Positions 40,324-50,886 of a stretch of DNA of 64,000 bases are shown in pieces. This DNA is from a virus. The stretch lies in the IMG/VR virus record IMGVR_UViG_3300028837_002886, positions 66,932 through 130,931 of that record; one strand, written 5' to 3'. The notes below the pieces were generated by a model that did not search any database, was not told where the DNA came from, and saw only the letters and a list, made by a program, of their open reading frames with translations. Each line of letters starts with the position of its first letter. The first letter of the stretch is position 1. Made by a program: the position numbers and the translations under genes.

Positions 40324-40688
40324 TATCTTCCCCTGTAGCTTTTATTGGTAATACCTATAAAATTAAGCGAGAATAGTGTGCCTAAAACAAGAGGCACAAT
40401 GAGTAACGCTTTCGGATAACCAGCATAAGACGCAAAAAATGCCATGAAGAAAAATGCTAATGTCAGTATGCTGTTTAATATTGATGACATCATGTTTAGC
40501 TCCGCTAAATCATTTGTATCGCCGAATATATATGCTATGAGCAAAAGTAAATAAAAGAAACTAAAAATCCCGGCGATTATTCCTGCTACTAATAGTGTGT
40601 GATTAAAAAAGGAGTAGTAAGCTATAAGAGAGAAAACAACAAAATGAAACACATAGAGGGCTTTTCTTTGTTTTAATTCTTTGTCCAT
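40323..40688 (-). CDS. Four-helix membrane protein
   Basis: Four hydrophobic segments in 121 aa. Confidence 0.65.
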   Translation of the reverse strand: MDKELKQRKALYVFHFVVFSLIAYYSFFNHTLLVAGIIAGIFSFFYLLLLIAYIFGDTNDLAELNMMSSILNSILTLAFFFMAFFASYAGYPKALLIVPLVLGTLFSLNFIGITNKSYRGR

Positions 40689-40698
40689 ATTATCACTT

Positions 40699-40727
40699 AA
40701 AAAAGAAACCCGTGGGCGGCCACGGGT
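40699..40727 (-). terminator. Rho-independent terminator after hsp20
   Basis: ACCCGTGG-CCGC-CCACGGGT followed by TTCTTTTTT. Confidence 0.85.
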
Positions 40728-40731
40728 CCTT

Positions 40732-41181
40732 TTATTTGATCTCTATATTTTTTGGTTTTGATTCAGGAGCAATGGGAACCTTCAGCTGAAGGAGTCCCTT
40801 GTCCATATTTGCCTCAAGTTCATCTAAATTGAACTTCGGGGCAATCTTCCAGGCGAACCTGAAAGATCGACGAGCAATACCCTTTCTGTAGTATCTCCCG
40901 TCTTGTGGAGATTCTTCCTCTTTACTTTTGTCATACTCCACAATGAGAGTGTCACCATCCTCGATTCGGAGCGCGATGTCTTTTTTCCCAAGGCCAACTG
41001 CCGCGATATCAATCTCGAGACCAGCTTTAGTCTCTTTGACGTCAACCGGATAGCTGATTTTGGCCTCATCAAGGGTAAAGAAACCCTCGGAAGAATCGAA
41101 CAAATCCCTCCACAAAACGTCAAAGGGTTTAAGATTGAAGAAACTGTCTGCTAAATTTAACAACTCTGAAGTCATTTTCAT
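40732..41181 (-). CDS. Small heat shock protein (Hsp20/IbpA family)
   Basis: YPVDV, RKGIARRSF, ANMDKGLLQLKVP. Confidence 0.92.
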   Translation of the reverse strand: MKMTSELLNLADSFFNLKPFDVLWRDLFDSSEGFFTLDEAKISYPVDVKETKAGLEIDIAAVGLGKKDIALRIEDGDTLIVEYDKSKEEESPQDGRYYRKGIARRSFRFAWKIAPKFNLDELEANMDKGLLQLKVPIAPESKPKNIEIK

Positions 41182-41240
41182 TTACCTCCCTAAGGTAGAT
41201 AATTATCAAAGACCTTCGTAAGCCGCCCAGGGTCTTACGT
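41180..41240 (-). promoter_or_regulatory. Structured 5' UTR of hsp20; candidate RNA thermometer
   Basis: AUCUACCUU-AGG-GAGGUAAAU hairpin buries the SD; upstream stems CGUAAG/CUUACG and AAGACC/GGUCUU. Confidence 0.55.
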
Positions 41241-41258
41241 GTTTATATATGCCTTGAC

Positions 41259-41519
41259 TTAAAGATGATCGGGCAATTTTGCACCATAATAGGGGTTCTT
41301 TTTTACCCAATCTTTCCGGCCCTTTTTGCGCTCTTTGCCTTCACCATGATATTGGGTGTATGAGTCATTCTTATTAACGAATGCACCATGGCCCGTTGAT
41401 GGCCTGCGCTTCATTTCGGCGCCGCAACTCTCACATACGATCTTTGGATCTTCTTTTATGGAATGTCGCACTTCTTTTTCAAGTCCACACTCGTAACACT
41501 TATAGTCATACGTTATCAA
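41259..41519 (-). CDS. FmdB-family zinc-ribbon protein
   Basis: TYDYKCYECG...VCESCG; likely TTG start. Confidence 0.8.
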   Translation of the reverse strand: MITYDYKCYECGLEKEVRHSIKEDPKIVCESCGAEMKRRPSTGHGAFVNKNDSYTQYHGEGKERKKGRKDWVKKNPYYGAKLPDHL

Positions 41520-41842
41520 CTGACAATCTCCGCTATGGTCTTCACCCACGCTTCTTTAGCTTTATCGAAGTCGCTATACTGCTTCGCGCCTGTTTGTTTG
41601 AAGTGTGTTTTATTCTGGCCGTTGAAGTAATGCGTTGTTGTCGCCTGAACGTTCCACGTGTCAGACCCCAATCTTCTGGAAATTTCCACCTCTCCTACTC
41701 TATTATCGTCCGAGTCCATTACGTGAATGACAAAATCATTTGAACCCGGGCTTTTTGTGTAAAGAGGACTAATCTTAAAATTCCTCTCGCTTATGTGGGA
41801 AATAGCCTCAATAAGGCTTTTTTGATTTTCTGATCGATTCAT
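41516..41842 (-). CDS. Hypothetical protein
   Basis: ORF track. Confidence 0.6.
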   Translation of the reverse strand: MNRSENQKSLIEAISHISERNFKISPLYTKSPGSNDFVIHVMDSDDNRVGEVEISRRLGSDTWNVQATTTHYFNGQNKTHFKQTGAKQYSDFDKAKEAWVKTIAEIVS

Positions 41843-41987
41843 AGTTTCGCCACTGAATTAGAGTTTTCCAGAAGCGAACTTTGTCCCAGAGAGTGGTAAT
41901 CTTTCTGTTCTTCTGATAAAGCTCGCGAGAGCCGTCTGATCTGGTTTCGATGCACAAATTTGTTCCTCTTAGTGACATTACAGCTCC

Positions 41988-42986
41988 TTACACATTAAGA
42001 AATTTTGCTTCTTCGCGGGTGATGTAATCTTCGTGCTCTTCTTCCTCACGATAGTTGGTAACTCTATCAATGGCTTTACCCTTGTATTTATCGATCACCT
42101 TGTCGATACTCAAACCTGCCGCAACAGTTATATAGAGAATAGTATCATAGTTGTTTCGAATAATACCCGAAAGGATCCTCGCACTCTTCGCTCTGCCACT
42201 GATCTTTTTGGTTACTTCTACAAGTTTGTTGGCTTCGGCATCAACGTCTGCGTTCTTAATCTTACTGTAGACTGAACGGGCGATTAAAACGTTCTTTGCT
42301 TCGTTGATTCTGCCGTAGCTGATAAACTTGACAGCTTCTTCTTCCAGATTTGAGAAAGAAACATTAACGAAGCCGCCGGCATAAGAAATCGAAGTTGTTT
42401 CAAGATGGTCGATTGACAGCGGGCTATATAAGCTTGGATCATTAAGCTCGTCGTTCATATTGACGACGCACTTGACGCTGCCGATGATGTGTTCATTGAT
42501 ATTGGAGAAATCGCGTTCCGCAAACTTGCCAATATCTTCGTTGGAGAACAGCATAATCGAGCACTTGTCCTGAAACTCATTGAACCTCTGCATCGCTCTG
42601 ACAGCATTAGCTGTGGCTGGAATCGACTCTGAGAGGAATGGGAGAATGCCGACAAAAAGGATCTTGTTTCTTTGGCGCAACAGAGGCATTAGAACCGACT
42701 TAATCGAAGAACTGCCGCTGCCACCTCCAAGGGCCGCAAATATAACAACCTTTGTCCTTACGTAGGGCTCAAGTACTTTTTCTACTTCTTCTTTGTTCTC
42801 GCCCCAAATCTTAAGGCCTAGATTATAATTACGACCGGATCCGTCTCTGGAAAGTTCGATGTTGTTGGTTAGTCCAACTTCATCTTCGAGTGCGGTGTTA
42901 AATGTGATAATTTCATCATCTTTGCTCTTAAAGAGCTCGGCGAGTCGCGAGCCGGTTTGCCCGCAACCCAATAATAAGCGCTTCAT
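41988..42986 (-). CDS. Tubulin/FtsZ-family GTPase (PhuZ/TubZ-like)
   Basis: LLGCGQTGSRL, GSGRN, ALGGGSGSS, FSNE; acidic C-terminal tail. Confidence 0.88.
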   Translation of the reverse strand: MKRLLLGCGQTGSRLAELFKSKDDEIITFNTALEDEVGLTNNIELSRDGSGRNYNLGLKIWGENKEEVEKVLEPYVRTKVVIFAALGGGSGSSSIKSVLMPLLRQRNKILFVGILPFLSESIPATANAVRAMQRFNEFQDKCSIMLFSNEDIGKFAERDFSNINEHIIGSVKCVVNMNDELNDPSLYSPLSIDHLETTSISYAGGFVNVSFSNLEEEAVKFISYGRINEAKNVLIARSVYSKIKNADVDAEANKLVEVTKKISGRAKSARILSGIIRNNYDTILYITVAAGLSIDKVIDKYKGKAIDRVTNYREEEEHEDYITREEAKFLNV

Positions 42987-43034
42987 TTTTTACTCCTTAT
43001 AGGTGTTCTATATATTATATATGCGTCTAGACGC

Positions 43035-43926
43035 CTAAGTTATGTAAATCCTGAGAGCTTTTTTAAAGATATGATTTAGAATATCAACTTTAAAAGTAGC
43101 AAACTCCGCCGAATTCTCGGCGAACCTTATTCCTTCGACATATTCGTCATTGAATATATCATCTGCTTTTTGTCCGAGGCCGTGTGGAAAATAGAGCCCG
43201 CGGGTATCTTTTCTATAATGAAGCTTAAATGGCGACATTAGCCTTAATCTACTTGATCCTATCGGGACCGGGAGCTCGTCCCACTCCATGTTGGTAGCGT
43301 AATGATAATTAGTAATATTTTTATCATCATATTTACCCAACATTGGTGTTTTTGCTTTATAAAGCTCTGCTCTGTTCGAGTATGTTTTCATGGACAGTTC
43401 CGATAGTTCTTTTGACGGGCTATAAAATTGTTGGCAAAGTTTCCTCTTGCGTCAGGATCAAAAAGAGCATTAAATAATTCTAAAAAAAATGATTCAATTT
43501 CTGGATCACTTATATAATTAGTTAATACACTTATCCCTTTAGGAGTCACAGCGAAAACTGAAGCTAGCTTATCTGAGCTACGAACAAGCGCCAATTTTTT
43601 TCTTGCGGTACTGATTGCGACTTCGCCGTTGTGGTTTAGTTGATACGCGTGACTTTTATCCGCCATCTCGGACGTCATCGCCCATTGCCATTTGAATTGC
43701 TTCACCAAAGTTTTAAGCGTATAATGCCTGGCATACGTTTTCATTTCTTTTTAGGGATAAATTTCTCTTTTCTGACAATATCGGTTAGATCTTGCTGGAT
43801 TTTATTCTTTTTCTTCATGGTTCTTTTACGAGTTTTCTCTTCCATCTCGTTAATAACTTCCTGTGCTTCTTCATCGAGCTCGCGCATAAATTCTTCATAG
43901 TCATAGCGCATTTTAATTCGTGGCAT
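43035..43926 (-). CDS. Three hypothetical proteins (43035..43391, 43388..43744, 43741..43926)
   Basis: ATGA-coupled; two start MKTY. Confidence 0.6.
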
Positions 43927-43940
43927 GTAGACTCTCCTAC

Positions 43941-44729
43941 TTATCCGGCAGGTATTTCATAAACACTGTCCAGGGTGGACAAACTTGTTCTAACTTTCAA
44001 ATCAGGATAAAGATAATATCTTCCCTCTTCGCTTACATAAGAAATGATATCAAGAAAGCCTATATTATATTTGGCAGTGTTGTATATCTCAAGGTGTTGT
44101 TCTTTCCGGACTAACTTACCGGCCGCCGATATGTTTTTATAGAAATCTGTGTTATTAAACTGATCTTGCTCGGTCGTCAAGAAAGTAATGTTTTTACTGT
44201 TGGTTGTGTCCATGAATTCGTCAAAATCTTCCAACACACTTTCGTTCGGATTGCCCAGTTTTGAATTGAAAACAGGAACATACAGAATGGTTGTCAATTT
44301 CGAGTTTGCATATCGAATAAGACCCGAAGGTATTTCCATCTGTCGAACTAAACCTGCCAGACTATTGTATTCGTCCGGTCTGAACGATAAAAGATTGATT
44401 TTCAGTTCCGTCAGCCCTATGGAAATCAGTTGATCGAGTAGGGCTTCTTCGAGCAACAGGCCGTTTGTGAGTAAAGAAAAATGCTGAAAATAAGGCTGGC
44501 CAAGTTTTAACATTTCCAATAAACGAAAAGCATTCATCAAAGGCTCACCGCCGATAAAGGAAACGGCCGAAATGCCGCGGTTCTTGAAGTGTTCATATAT
44601 AGTGGCTATTTGCCTTTTGTTGAAAAGATCGTCGGTTTGTGGCAAATGCGTATCAATGTGACAATACTGGCAATTTAAGTTAGTGTAGCAGCTTGTTATT
44701 ATGTTTAACTTCTTATTTTTTAAATCCAT
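43941..44729 (-). CDS. Radical SAM-like protein with atypical Cys motif
   Basis: CYTNLNCQYC, GGEPL, LTNGLLL. Confidence 0.75.
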   Translation of the reverse strand: MDLKNKKLNIITSCYTNLNCQYCHIDTHLPQTDDLFNKRQIATIYEHFKNRGISAVSFIGGEPLMNAFRLLEMLKLGQPYFQHFSLLTNGLLLEEALLDQLISIGLTELKINLLSFRPDEYNSLAGLVRQMEIPSGLIRYANSKLTTILYVPVFNSKLGNPNESVLEDFDEFMDTTNSKNITFLTTEQDQFNNTDFYKNISAAGKLVRKEQHLEIYNTAKYNIGFLDIISYVSEEGRYYLYPDLKVRTSLSTLDSVYEIPAG

Positions 44730-44957
44730 TATATAGTCCTCTTGTGCTCAAGATCTCCATATTATCTTTGAGCGCCAATATACTTTATTAGTGAATTCCT
44801 TCCTTAACTATTATGCCATCATTTCGAAGCTGATCGGATTTACGTTTGAATTCAATAGACGATCTGTCTGTAATCATAAAACCGAAGCCTCTGTCAAATT
44901 TAAAGTCGTGCTTCGCGAGTACTTTGTCAATCTCTTCAATAACATTGTTTGAGTGGT

Positions 44958-47533
44958 TCACTCTTTTAACACTTTCTTTACTATATGTCTGGTTAGATTT
45001 CTAGTAACGGACTTTCTATCACTGAGGTTTCCCAACTTTGTTCCGTCGATGAATATGTCATTGTTGTTATCTATATACATCCTGCCAATGGACTTCCTAT
45101 TATCCTGTTTGGCTTTAGACCAATCGCTTGACCAATCGGATATTATACTCGGGTCTATACAATCGCTATGCTTGGCTCCAATTTCACAATCTAGTTTCAT
45201 TTTATTTCCAACATTCTCTTGGCAATAGCTCTTTTTATAATCTTGCCAAGCTTTTTTGGATCAGCATGTCTACTAATAAGAACTTTGCCGTCCCAATAGA
45301 TGTCATCATCTTTTATTTCTATCCGCCAGCTGTTTTTCGGAACGGCCGGGGCCGCGTCGTCGTCGAATGAGAAAACCCCTCCATCATAATCTACAACTTC
45401 CATCAAACGTGGTGTGTCTTCAAGTGTCATTTTATCCCCTCTATATATGTTTTACTCCCCGTATCTATACTCGTCAAAACCTTCGGTGATATCCTTTTTG
45501 ATGACAATTTCTATAACTTTGTTTTCAAAGTCGACTTCTATATCAATCCATCCCTTTTCGATATAGCTCCAGCAAAGCTCCAGTGCATCATTGCGCGTGA
45601 ACTCGGGATTTATATATTGCAAATGAGGTTCAATAACTCGACAAAACAATAGTTCGTCTATCACCTGAACCTTTTCCGGATGTGTCTGAAAAGTGCGCTC
45701 TCTTAGAGTCATTTTTTATTGATATCCTCTAGCTCATCCATGAAGTCTTCTAGACCTTTTTCCGCATTATCCTTGGTGACCTCTATAAGTTTGAGCATTT
45801 GATCATGGTTGATTATTTCAGCTCTGTACAGCATTAACGCCATGCCAAGCATGTATGTAAAGAATTCAATTGTCATTTTGTTCTCCTTCAACCGCGATAT
45901 TATAAAAGAGCTTCATCTTCGAAGATTTTTTTCGCGAAGATTTTGAGTTTTTCGTTTGTTCTTATTTTGTCTCTAGTAACTAATAATTTTCCTCTGCTTG
46001 CGATCTCCTCTTGTATATCTATGTCTAGGTCCTTGTACATTCCCATGAAAGTTTTAGATATGGATAAAAAGAAAAGAGACAGCATTCCCTGAATGGCATA
46101 ATAAATGCCGTCAGACATGACCAAACCATCTGGTATATTTCCAAAAAAATCATCGTAGTTTTGACCAGGATGATCGTCTATCCATTCTTGAAACAGCTTC
46201 TTGTCTTGAGCCAAAGCATACATTACATCTTTTATCTTATCGCTATCAACCACAATCTTGCGGTTTTGTATATACTCGAAATAGTTGCGCATTGCTTTTT
46301 GAGTAAGTAACTGATGTGGCCAGATTGTCTTATTTTTACCAAGATGAATTATTTGAGATTCAACATACCATCGCATATTAAAGTGGCTGTCGTCTTTGAC
46401 TATGTCATATAGTTTTTCGAATGCTTCCCAATGTTGATGTTTTTTTGGATCTGATCGATTGCAAAAGCGAGACCACTGCTGTTTGGATGTAGAATCGTGG
46501 TTACAGATCCTGTTGTAAAATACGCGCGCCAGGTCATAGATAGTATATTCTCTTGTGTTGAACTTTAAGTCAACTAGATTATGAGCCATTTTTAGATTTA
46601 AAATTGGGACATTGAATTATTTCTACTTTCGAGCTCTGCTTACATGTGTTTACGCAGCGCTTACACATTTCGTGCTTTTGTCTCCAATATGTGGTTTTGA
46701 TTTGTTCTATTGTGACTTTGCTCTTACTCACTCTATTTCCATTATTAATATTTTTTTGGGTCCCAGCGCGGATGAACGAAAAACGTCGCACTCTCCAAGA
46801 GTTTCTGCTGAAATAGTCAAGTCGATTTTTACATCTCTAGGCCCCTTGGGAATTGGGCAGCCAGGGCCTCCTACCGGCATTAATATGGGATCATATGTTA
46901 CATTCATTGCGGTTATGTAACCTGTTAATATTACTTTATCCTTTAGAATAGCCTTGGCCACTTTTTTTTTCATATCATCTTCGGCCATTTATTTAACCTT
47001 CTCCCAGTTTTTGGCCGCATAAACCCACTTTAAACCATCATGGAACAAAGCAACATCTGAATATATGTCTGCGTCTTCTGATGTACATTGCTCAACGCCT
47101 TCTAGAAAACTACCTTCTTGGATCACGTTTATCTGCCAAATGGCCATTTCCATCTTGCCGTACTTGATTCCAAGCAAAGTTCCATCGCTGCATATTAACA
47201 GCACTTCATCGTCGTAGCAATCGACTTCGCCGCGTACATCTCCATCGACTTCTATTAAATCGTCGCTCGTTCCCCATATTTTAGTCATTTCTCGTGGCCC
47301 CTTGTGATTTTTATAGCGTATTAAAATACCTTCTGAAAAAGATACGAAAGCCCGAAAAACGCAGCCGCACATACTATAAACGTCGATACCATTATAAATA
47401 CGGTCACCAAAGCCGCGCTGCTCTTAATAGAATCGGCTACAGTACGATATATGTTTTTGACAGGCGCCGGCCTAGACCAGGCGCCCGTCTTCAGGAGAGT
47501 CTTTGCTGCTTCTTTTTTAATCTTCTTTCTCAT
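44958..47533 (-). CDS. Run of hypothetical proteins (including 44958..45200, 45197..45430, 45452..45712, 45900..46589, 46728..46988, 47321..47533)
   Basis: ORF track; several carry motif A. Confidence 0.55.
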
Positions 47534-48491
47534 TCAAGCTCTTTTTGAGAGTACGGATGAGATACTCATTAGCCCAGTTGAAATCAGGCTTTTTTCGGAT
47601 TTCGGTTTGAGCGTAAGCCAGTTCAACTTCTTTGTTGTATTCGTCATACATCCGCATAAGTTCGTCAAATGAAACCTCTTTGTTGCGGATACGGATAATG
47701 TCTTCACGAGCCTTGCCTACAATTGGAAAGTCAATTCGGCCTTTCTCAAGTAGCTGACGACCTTCATTGAGCAGGCGAATTAGATGATAAGCAAACTTAA
47801 CATCGTAACTGTCGCGACCTTCACCGGTGAAGCCCAGCTCTTTGACTCTCCAACCATACATCCCATATTCACTCTTAATCCTGTTATATATATGCTCCAG
47901 AGGCATGCCCTTGTGAAAGTGCTCCGTATTGCCCTTTTCGCCTTTGTAGAACTTGAGAATATGATTAAGTTCTGAGGCTTCGAGTTCGGTAATCGGACGA
48001 TCTTCAACAATCTCTTTCAGATATTTCAGACCAACACCAAGAGAACGAAACCTCTCGCGTTTCACAACCAGATGTTTGCGCTGGGAATAAGCATACCCAG
48101 TAAAAGTGTGGAACACACGGGTGCTGATAATCTTATCATAGTTGTCCATGATTTCCTTGAACTCAGGTTCAAGAAGCAGGATGTCCTCGGGTTTAGCGAA
48201 AAGCACCTCAACTATATTGGGGTTATTCTGCATCACCAACTTGAGAAACTTTTTGATATTATAAGCTTTGTCATCAACGTCGCTCTTGACGTTCCGATGT
48301 TGAGCACTGGATTTTTTAGTAGATCTGTCGATTTCATCGACGTTCTTGAGGCCAAGGATATACTCCTCATCGGGAATGAAAACACCCAGATAGTCTTCAT
48401 CGGATTCAGGAGTATTGAGACCGTAGAGGTGCGAACCTATTCTGGAACGGAATATGTACTTGTGAACTTTTACTTGATGTTCTTGAGGCAT
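47517..48491 (-). CDS. Pol-beta-superfamily nucleotidyltransferase (NrdC.11/RlaP-like)
   Basis: GSHLYGLNTPESDEDY, NNPNIVEVLF, YDVKFAYHLIRL. Confidence 0.85.
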   Translation of the reverse strand: MPQEHQVKVHKYIFRSRIGSHLYGLNTPESDEDYLGVFIPDEEYILGLKNVDEIDRSTKKSSAQHRNVKSDVDDKAYNIKKFLKLVMQNNPNIVEVLFAKPEDILLLEPEFKEIMDNYDKIISTRVFHTFTGYAYSQRKHLVVKRERFRSLGVGLKYLKEIVEDRPITELEASELNHILKFYKGEKGNTEHFHKGMPLEHIYNRIKSEYGMYGWRVKELGFTGEGRDSYDVKFAYHLIRLLNEGRQLLEKGRIDFPIVGKAREDIIRIRNKEVSFDELMRMYDEYNKEVELAYAQTEIRKKPDFNWANEYLIRTLKKSLNEKED

Positions 48492-48509
48492 TTTAAACTC
48501 CTGAATAAA

Positions 48510-48956
48510 TTATAACGCCTTTTCTCGTTGTTGTAAACCCATATCGGCAGCCTTTTTTGATACTTTATTGCGCGCGACAAGCGCTATAACATACACGGGC
48601 AGATAAGCAAAAATAAGCAACCACCATTTATTGGCAGGATAATCTTTTATAATGTGAAGTATAGAACAAGCAATCATGGGTATGGCATAGGCGCACACAG
48701 AAACTAACGCAATCTTGGTTAATTTCTTCTCAATATTTCTGTAATATATCTCTAATTTGCGCAATGGCAGCATGACCGGATCAGCAAGAGCGAGACTCTC
48801 TTTGTGTGCTGCGCAAGTAACTCTGTGTGGCTTTTTCCATCTTTTTGTGTCTATGCATGGCTTTCTGTTAAGAACGAATGAGCAACTCCGGCATGATTTT
48901 TCTTGTAGCAGCTTTTTGGCTATTTTTGTTTTTTTTGAGGTTCTTGCGATGTTCAT
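48510..48956 (-). CDS. Membrane protein with N-terminal CxxC
   Basis: Start MNIARTSKK after the terminator; two TM helices. Confidence 0.6.
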   Translation of the reverse strand: MNIARTSKKTKIAKKLLQEKSCRSCSFVLNRKPCIDTKRWKKPHRVTCAAHKESLALADPVMLPLRKLEIYYRNIEKKLTKIALVSVCAYAIPMIACSILHIIKDYPANKWWLLIFAYLPVYVIALVARNKVSKKAADMGLQQREKAL

Positions 48957-48963
48957 AATGTAT

Positions 48964-48991
48964 AAAAAATGCCCAGGCAAAAGCCTGGGCA
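48964..48991 (-). terminator. Rho-independent terminator after the SSB gene
   Basis: TGCCCAGGC-TTTT-GCCTGGGCA followed by TTTTTT. Confidence 0.9.
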
Positions 48992-49013
48992 CTAGTCCAT
49001 AGAGAAAATCTTA

Positions 49014-49871
49014 TTATTCGTCTTCGAGTTCAAGCATTAGTTTTTTTTCAAATTCATCTATGTTATCAGAATCGTCTTCGGTCTCCATTGTTGGAGTAGG
49101 CTCTGCTTCTTCTTTCTTCTTTTTTGGTTTTGTTTGAGGTTTCTTTGTGTCTGATTTTTCTTTAACAACGGGCTTCTTTTCAGAAACAGCCTCTGTTGCT
49201 TTATTGTCTTCGCCGTAATACTCTTCGAGGAATTGCTCCAGAGCTTCTTTCATAACATCAGGTTCTTTGAAACTTACAAGAGTATCCAAATCTTTCACAT
49301 TAGAAAGGATCTCAGCAATCTCCTCGTTATCATCAGACAGCGCGGATGGGTTTTTCATTGGACGAGAATCATCGTAATTAGGATAATCGCCTTGTTTCTT
49401 TCTTATGAGTTTGAAATCATATCCTTTTTCAACATCATCCAGCGCACCGTATTCTTCATCGAAGTAGTAAGAAAGAACTTTTTCCCATACCTTTGGACCT
49501 GTTATATACTGCTTAACTTCTGTTGGATCTTCTGCTTTGCGATCAACAATGTTATATATATACTTTTTGTTGACTTTGATCTTTCTGGCTATTTCAGTAT
49601 CCAACTCGGTGTCTGCTGCGTAACGCCTTTTGGTTTCTTCGCAGATAGGACACCTCTTGCCTTCCGTCAAACGAGGACACCAGAAAAAGTTGTCTTCACC
49701 AAACCTGTGACTTCCTGTTTCCTTGTAGAATACCTCTTTCCCTTCCATTGGCGGTAAAATACGAATGATGTTTTCTTCCTCTGGGGGATACCAGAATGAG
49801 CTTGAGAAGCCGCGATTCTTGTGCTTATCGTACATTTCGCGAAGCTTATCAAGATTTGTGTGTCTTGCCAT
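49014..49871 (-). CDS. gp32-like single-stranded DNA-binding protein
   Basis: IRILPP, H...CP...CPICE, GYDFKL, YPNYDDS, acidic tail. Confidence 0.85.
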   Translation of the reverse strand: MARHTNLDKLREMYDKHKNRGFSSSFWYPPEEENIIRILPPMEGKEVFYKETGSHRFGEDNFFWCPRLTEGKRCPICEETKRRYAADTELDTEIARKIKVNKKYIYNIVDRKAEDPTEVKQYITGPKVWEKVLSYYFDEEYGALDDVEKGYDFKLIRKKQGDYPNYDDSRPMKNPSALSDDNEEIAEILSNVKDLDTLVSFKEPDVMKEALEQFLEEYYGEDNKATEAVSEKKPVVKEKSDTKKPQTKPKKKKEEAEPTPTMETEDDSDNIDEFEKKLMLELEDE

Positions 49872-49876
49872 TTTCT

Positions 49877-50529
49877 TTATTCTCCCTCGGACTTGGTTTC
49901 TTCTATATATGCCTCATCGGGTTTCTTTTTACGATAGGCGTTCCGGAAGTTGCTCACTGCCGACATGATTCTCTTATCCTCTGAAGGTTTTTTCAGAACA
50001 GGCTCGGCTTTGGCTCTTTCCTCTGTTTTCTTTTTTAAAAACGGAAGTTTCATTTTTTCCTCTCTTGAATATTCTGTTGATTTTTTATCAATAAACCGTT
50101 TTACTGTAATAAACGGAAGTCCATCGAATAACGCTTCAATAGCGTTTAATTTTATTCTATTTATTGTCTTCATGGACCTCAAGTACTCCGTCTCTCATCA
50201 ATCTCTTCATTTCGTGGGTAAACCCATCGACGTCGATTGTTTCACCGGATTTGATTACGTGATTCTTACCCTTAAACCGCAGAGTAAGTGTGTTTTTGGT
50301 GTTGTTAATGAGCGTTATTTTTTCATACTCAAGCAGCGTTTTAGCCACTTTGGTTAGGATCTTCCTTTTGGCCATTCCTTAGAATCTCCTTGGCTAATAA
50401 CATTTTCTTCTGGCTCTCTGTTAGCGGGTTGCCGCCCATACTAATAAATACCGGTTTACCATCTGGTCCATGGAACCAACTAAAAGGAACTTCAATCTGT
50501 CTAGCTGTATTCTCCACAATCTTCACCAC
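49877..50529 (-). CDS. Three small hypothetical proteins (49877..50182, 50157..50375, 50341..50529)
   Basis: ORF track. Confidence 0.55.
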
Positions 50530-50549
50530 TCTCTCCTAGAATGTCATTA

Positions 50550-50882
50550 TTATATATGCTTCTTCCACCCCTTTATCAGTTGATGAAATGGTGCCCATGT
50601 TGCCTCGGGTAATATGTCTTTTATCGCCCTCGCTCCTACCGGATTTATCGAATGAACCACTATTTGAGCGTGAATGTCTTTCTCCGCTATAACCTTGGCC
50701 AGTTCACACCCTGTTACTGGTGTGCCCAAATCGTGATCTATAAAAATGATATCGTATTCGTGCTCATCCAACGAAGCAATAGCCTTCTTTGCGCTGTAGT
50801 ATATGTGCAGCTCATGACCAGGTAGATACTCTTTGAATGCTTCTTGTCTCTGAGGTGAATCTTCTAATATGAGCACTCTCAT
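50550..50882 (-). CDS. Cyclic-phosphate-processing receiver domain protein
   Basis: LILEDSPQR, IDHDLG, VHSINPVG. Confidence 0.75.
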   Translation of the reverse strand: MRVLILEDSPQRQEAFKEYLPGHELHIYYSAKKAIASLDEHEYDIIFIDHDLGTPVTGCELAKVIAEKDIHAQIVVHSINPVGARAIKDILPEATWAPFHQLIKGWKKHI

Positions 50883-50886
50883 GGTT

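Noticed and set aside
40323-40329. AAGATAA motif before the PurH-like gene
   Set aside because: It is simply Arg-stop overlapping the ATG (AGA TAA TG), so it was not counted as a promoter.
48957-48992. N-terminal extension MPRLLPGHFLYI of ORF 48510..48992
   Set aside because: It overlaps the terminator hairpin; the real start is probably 48956.
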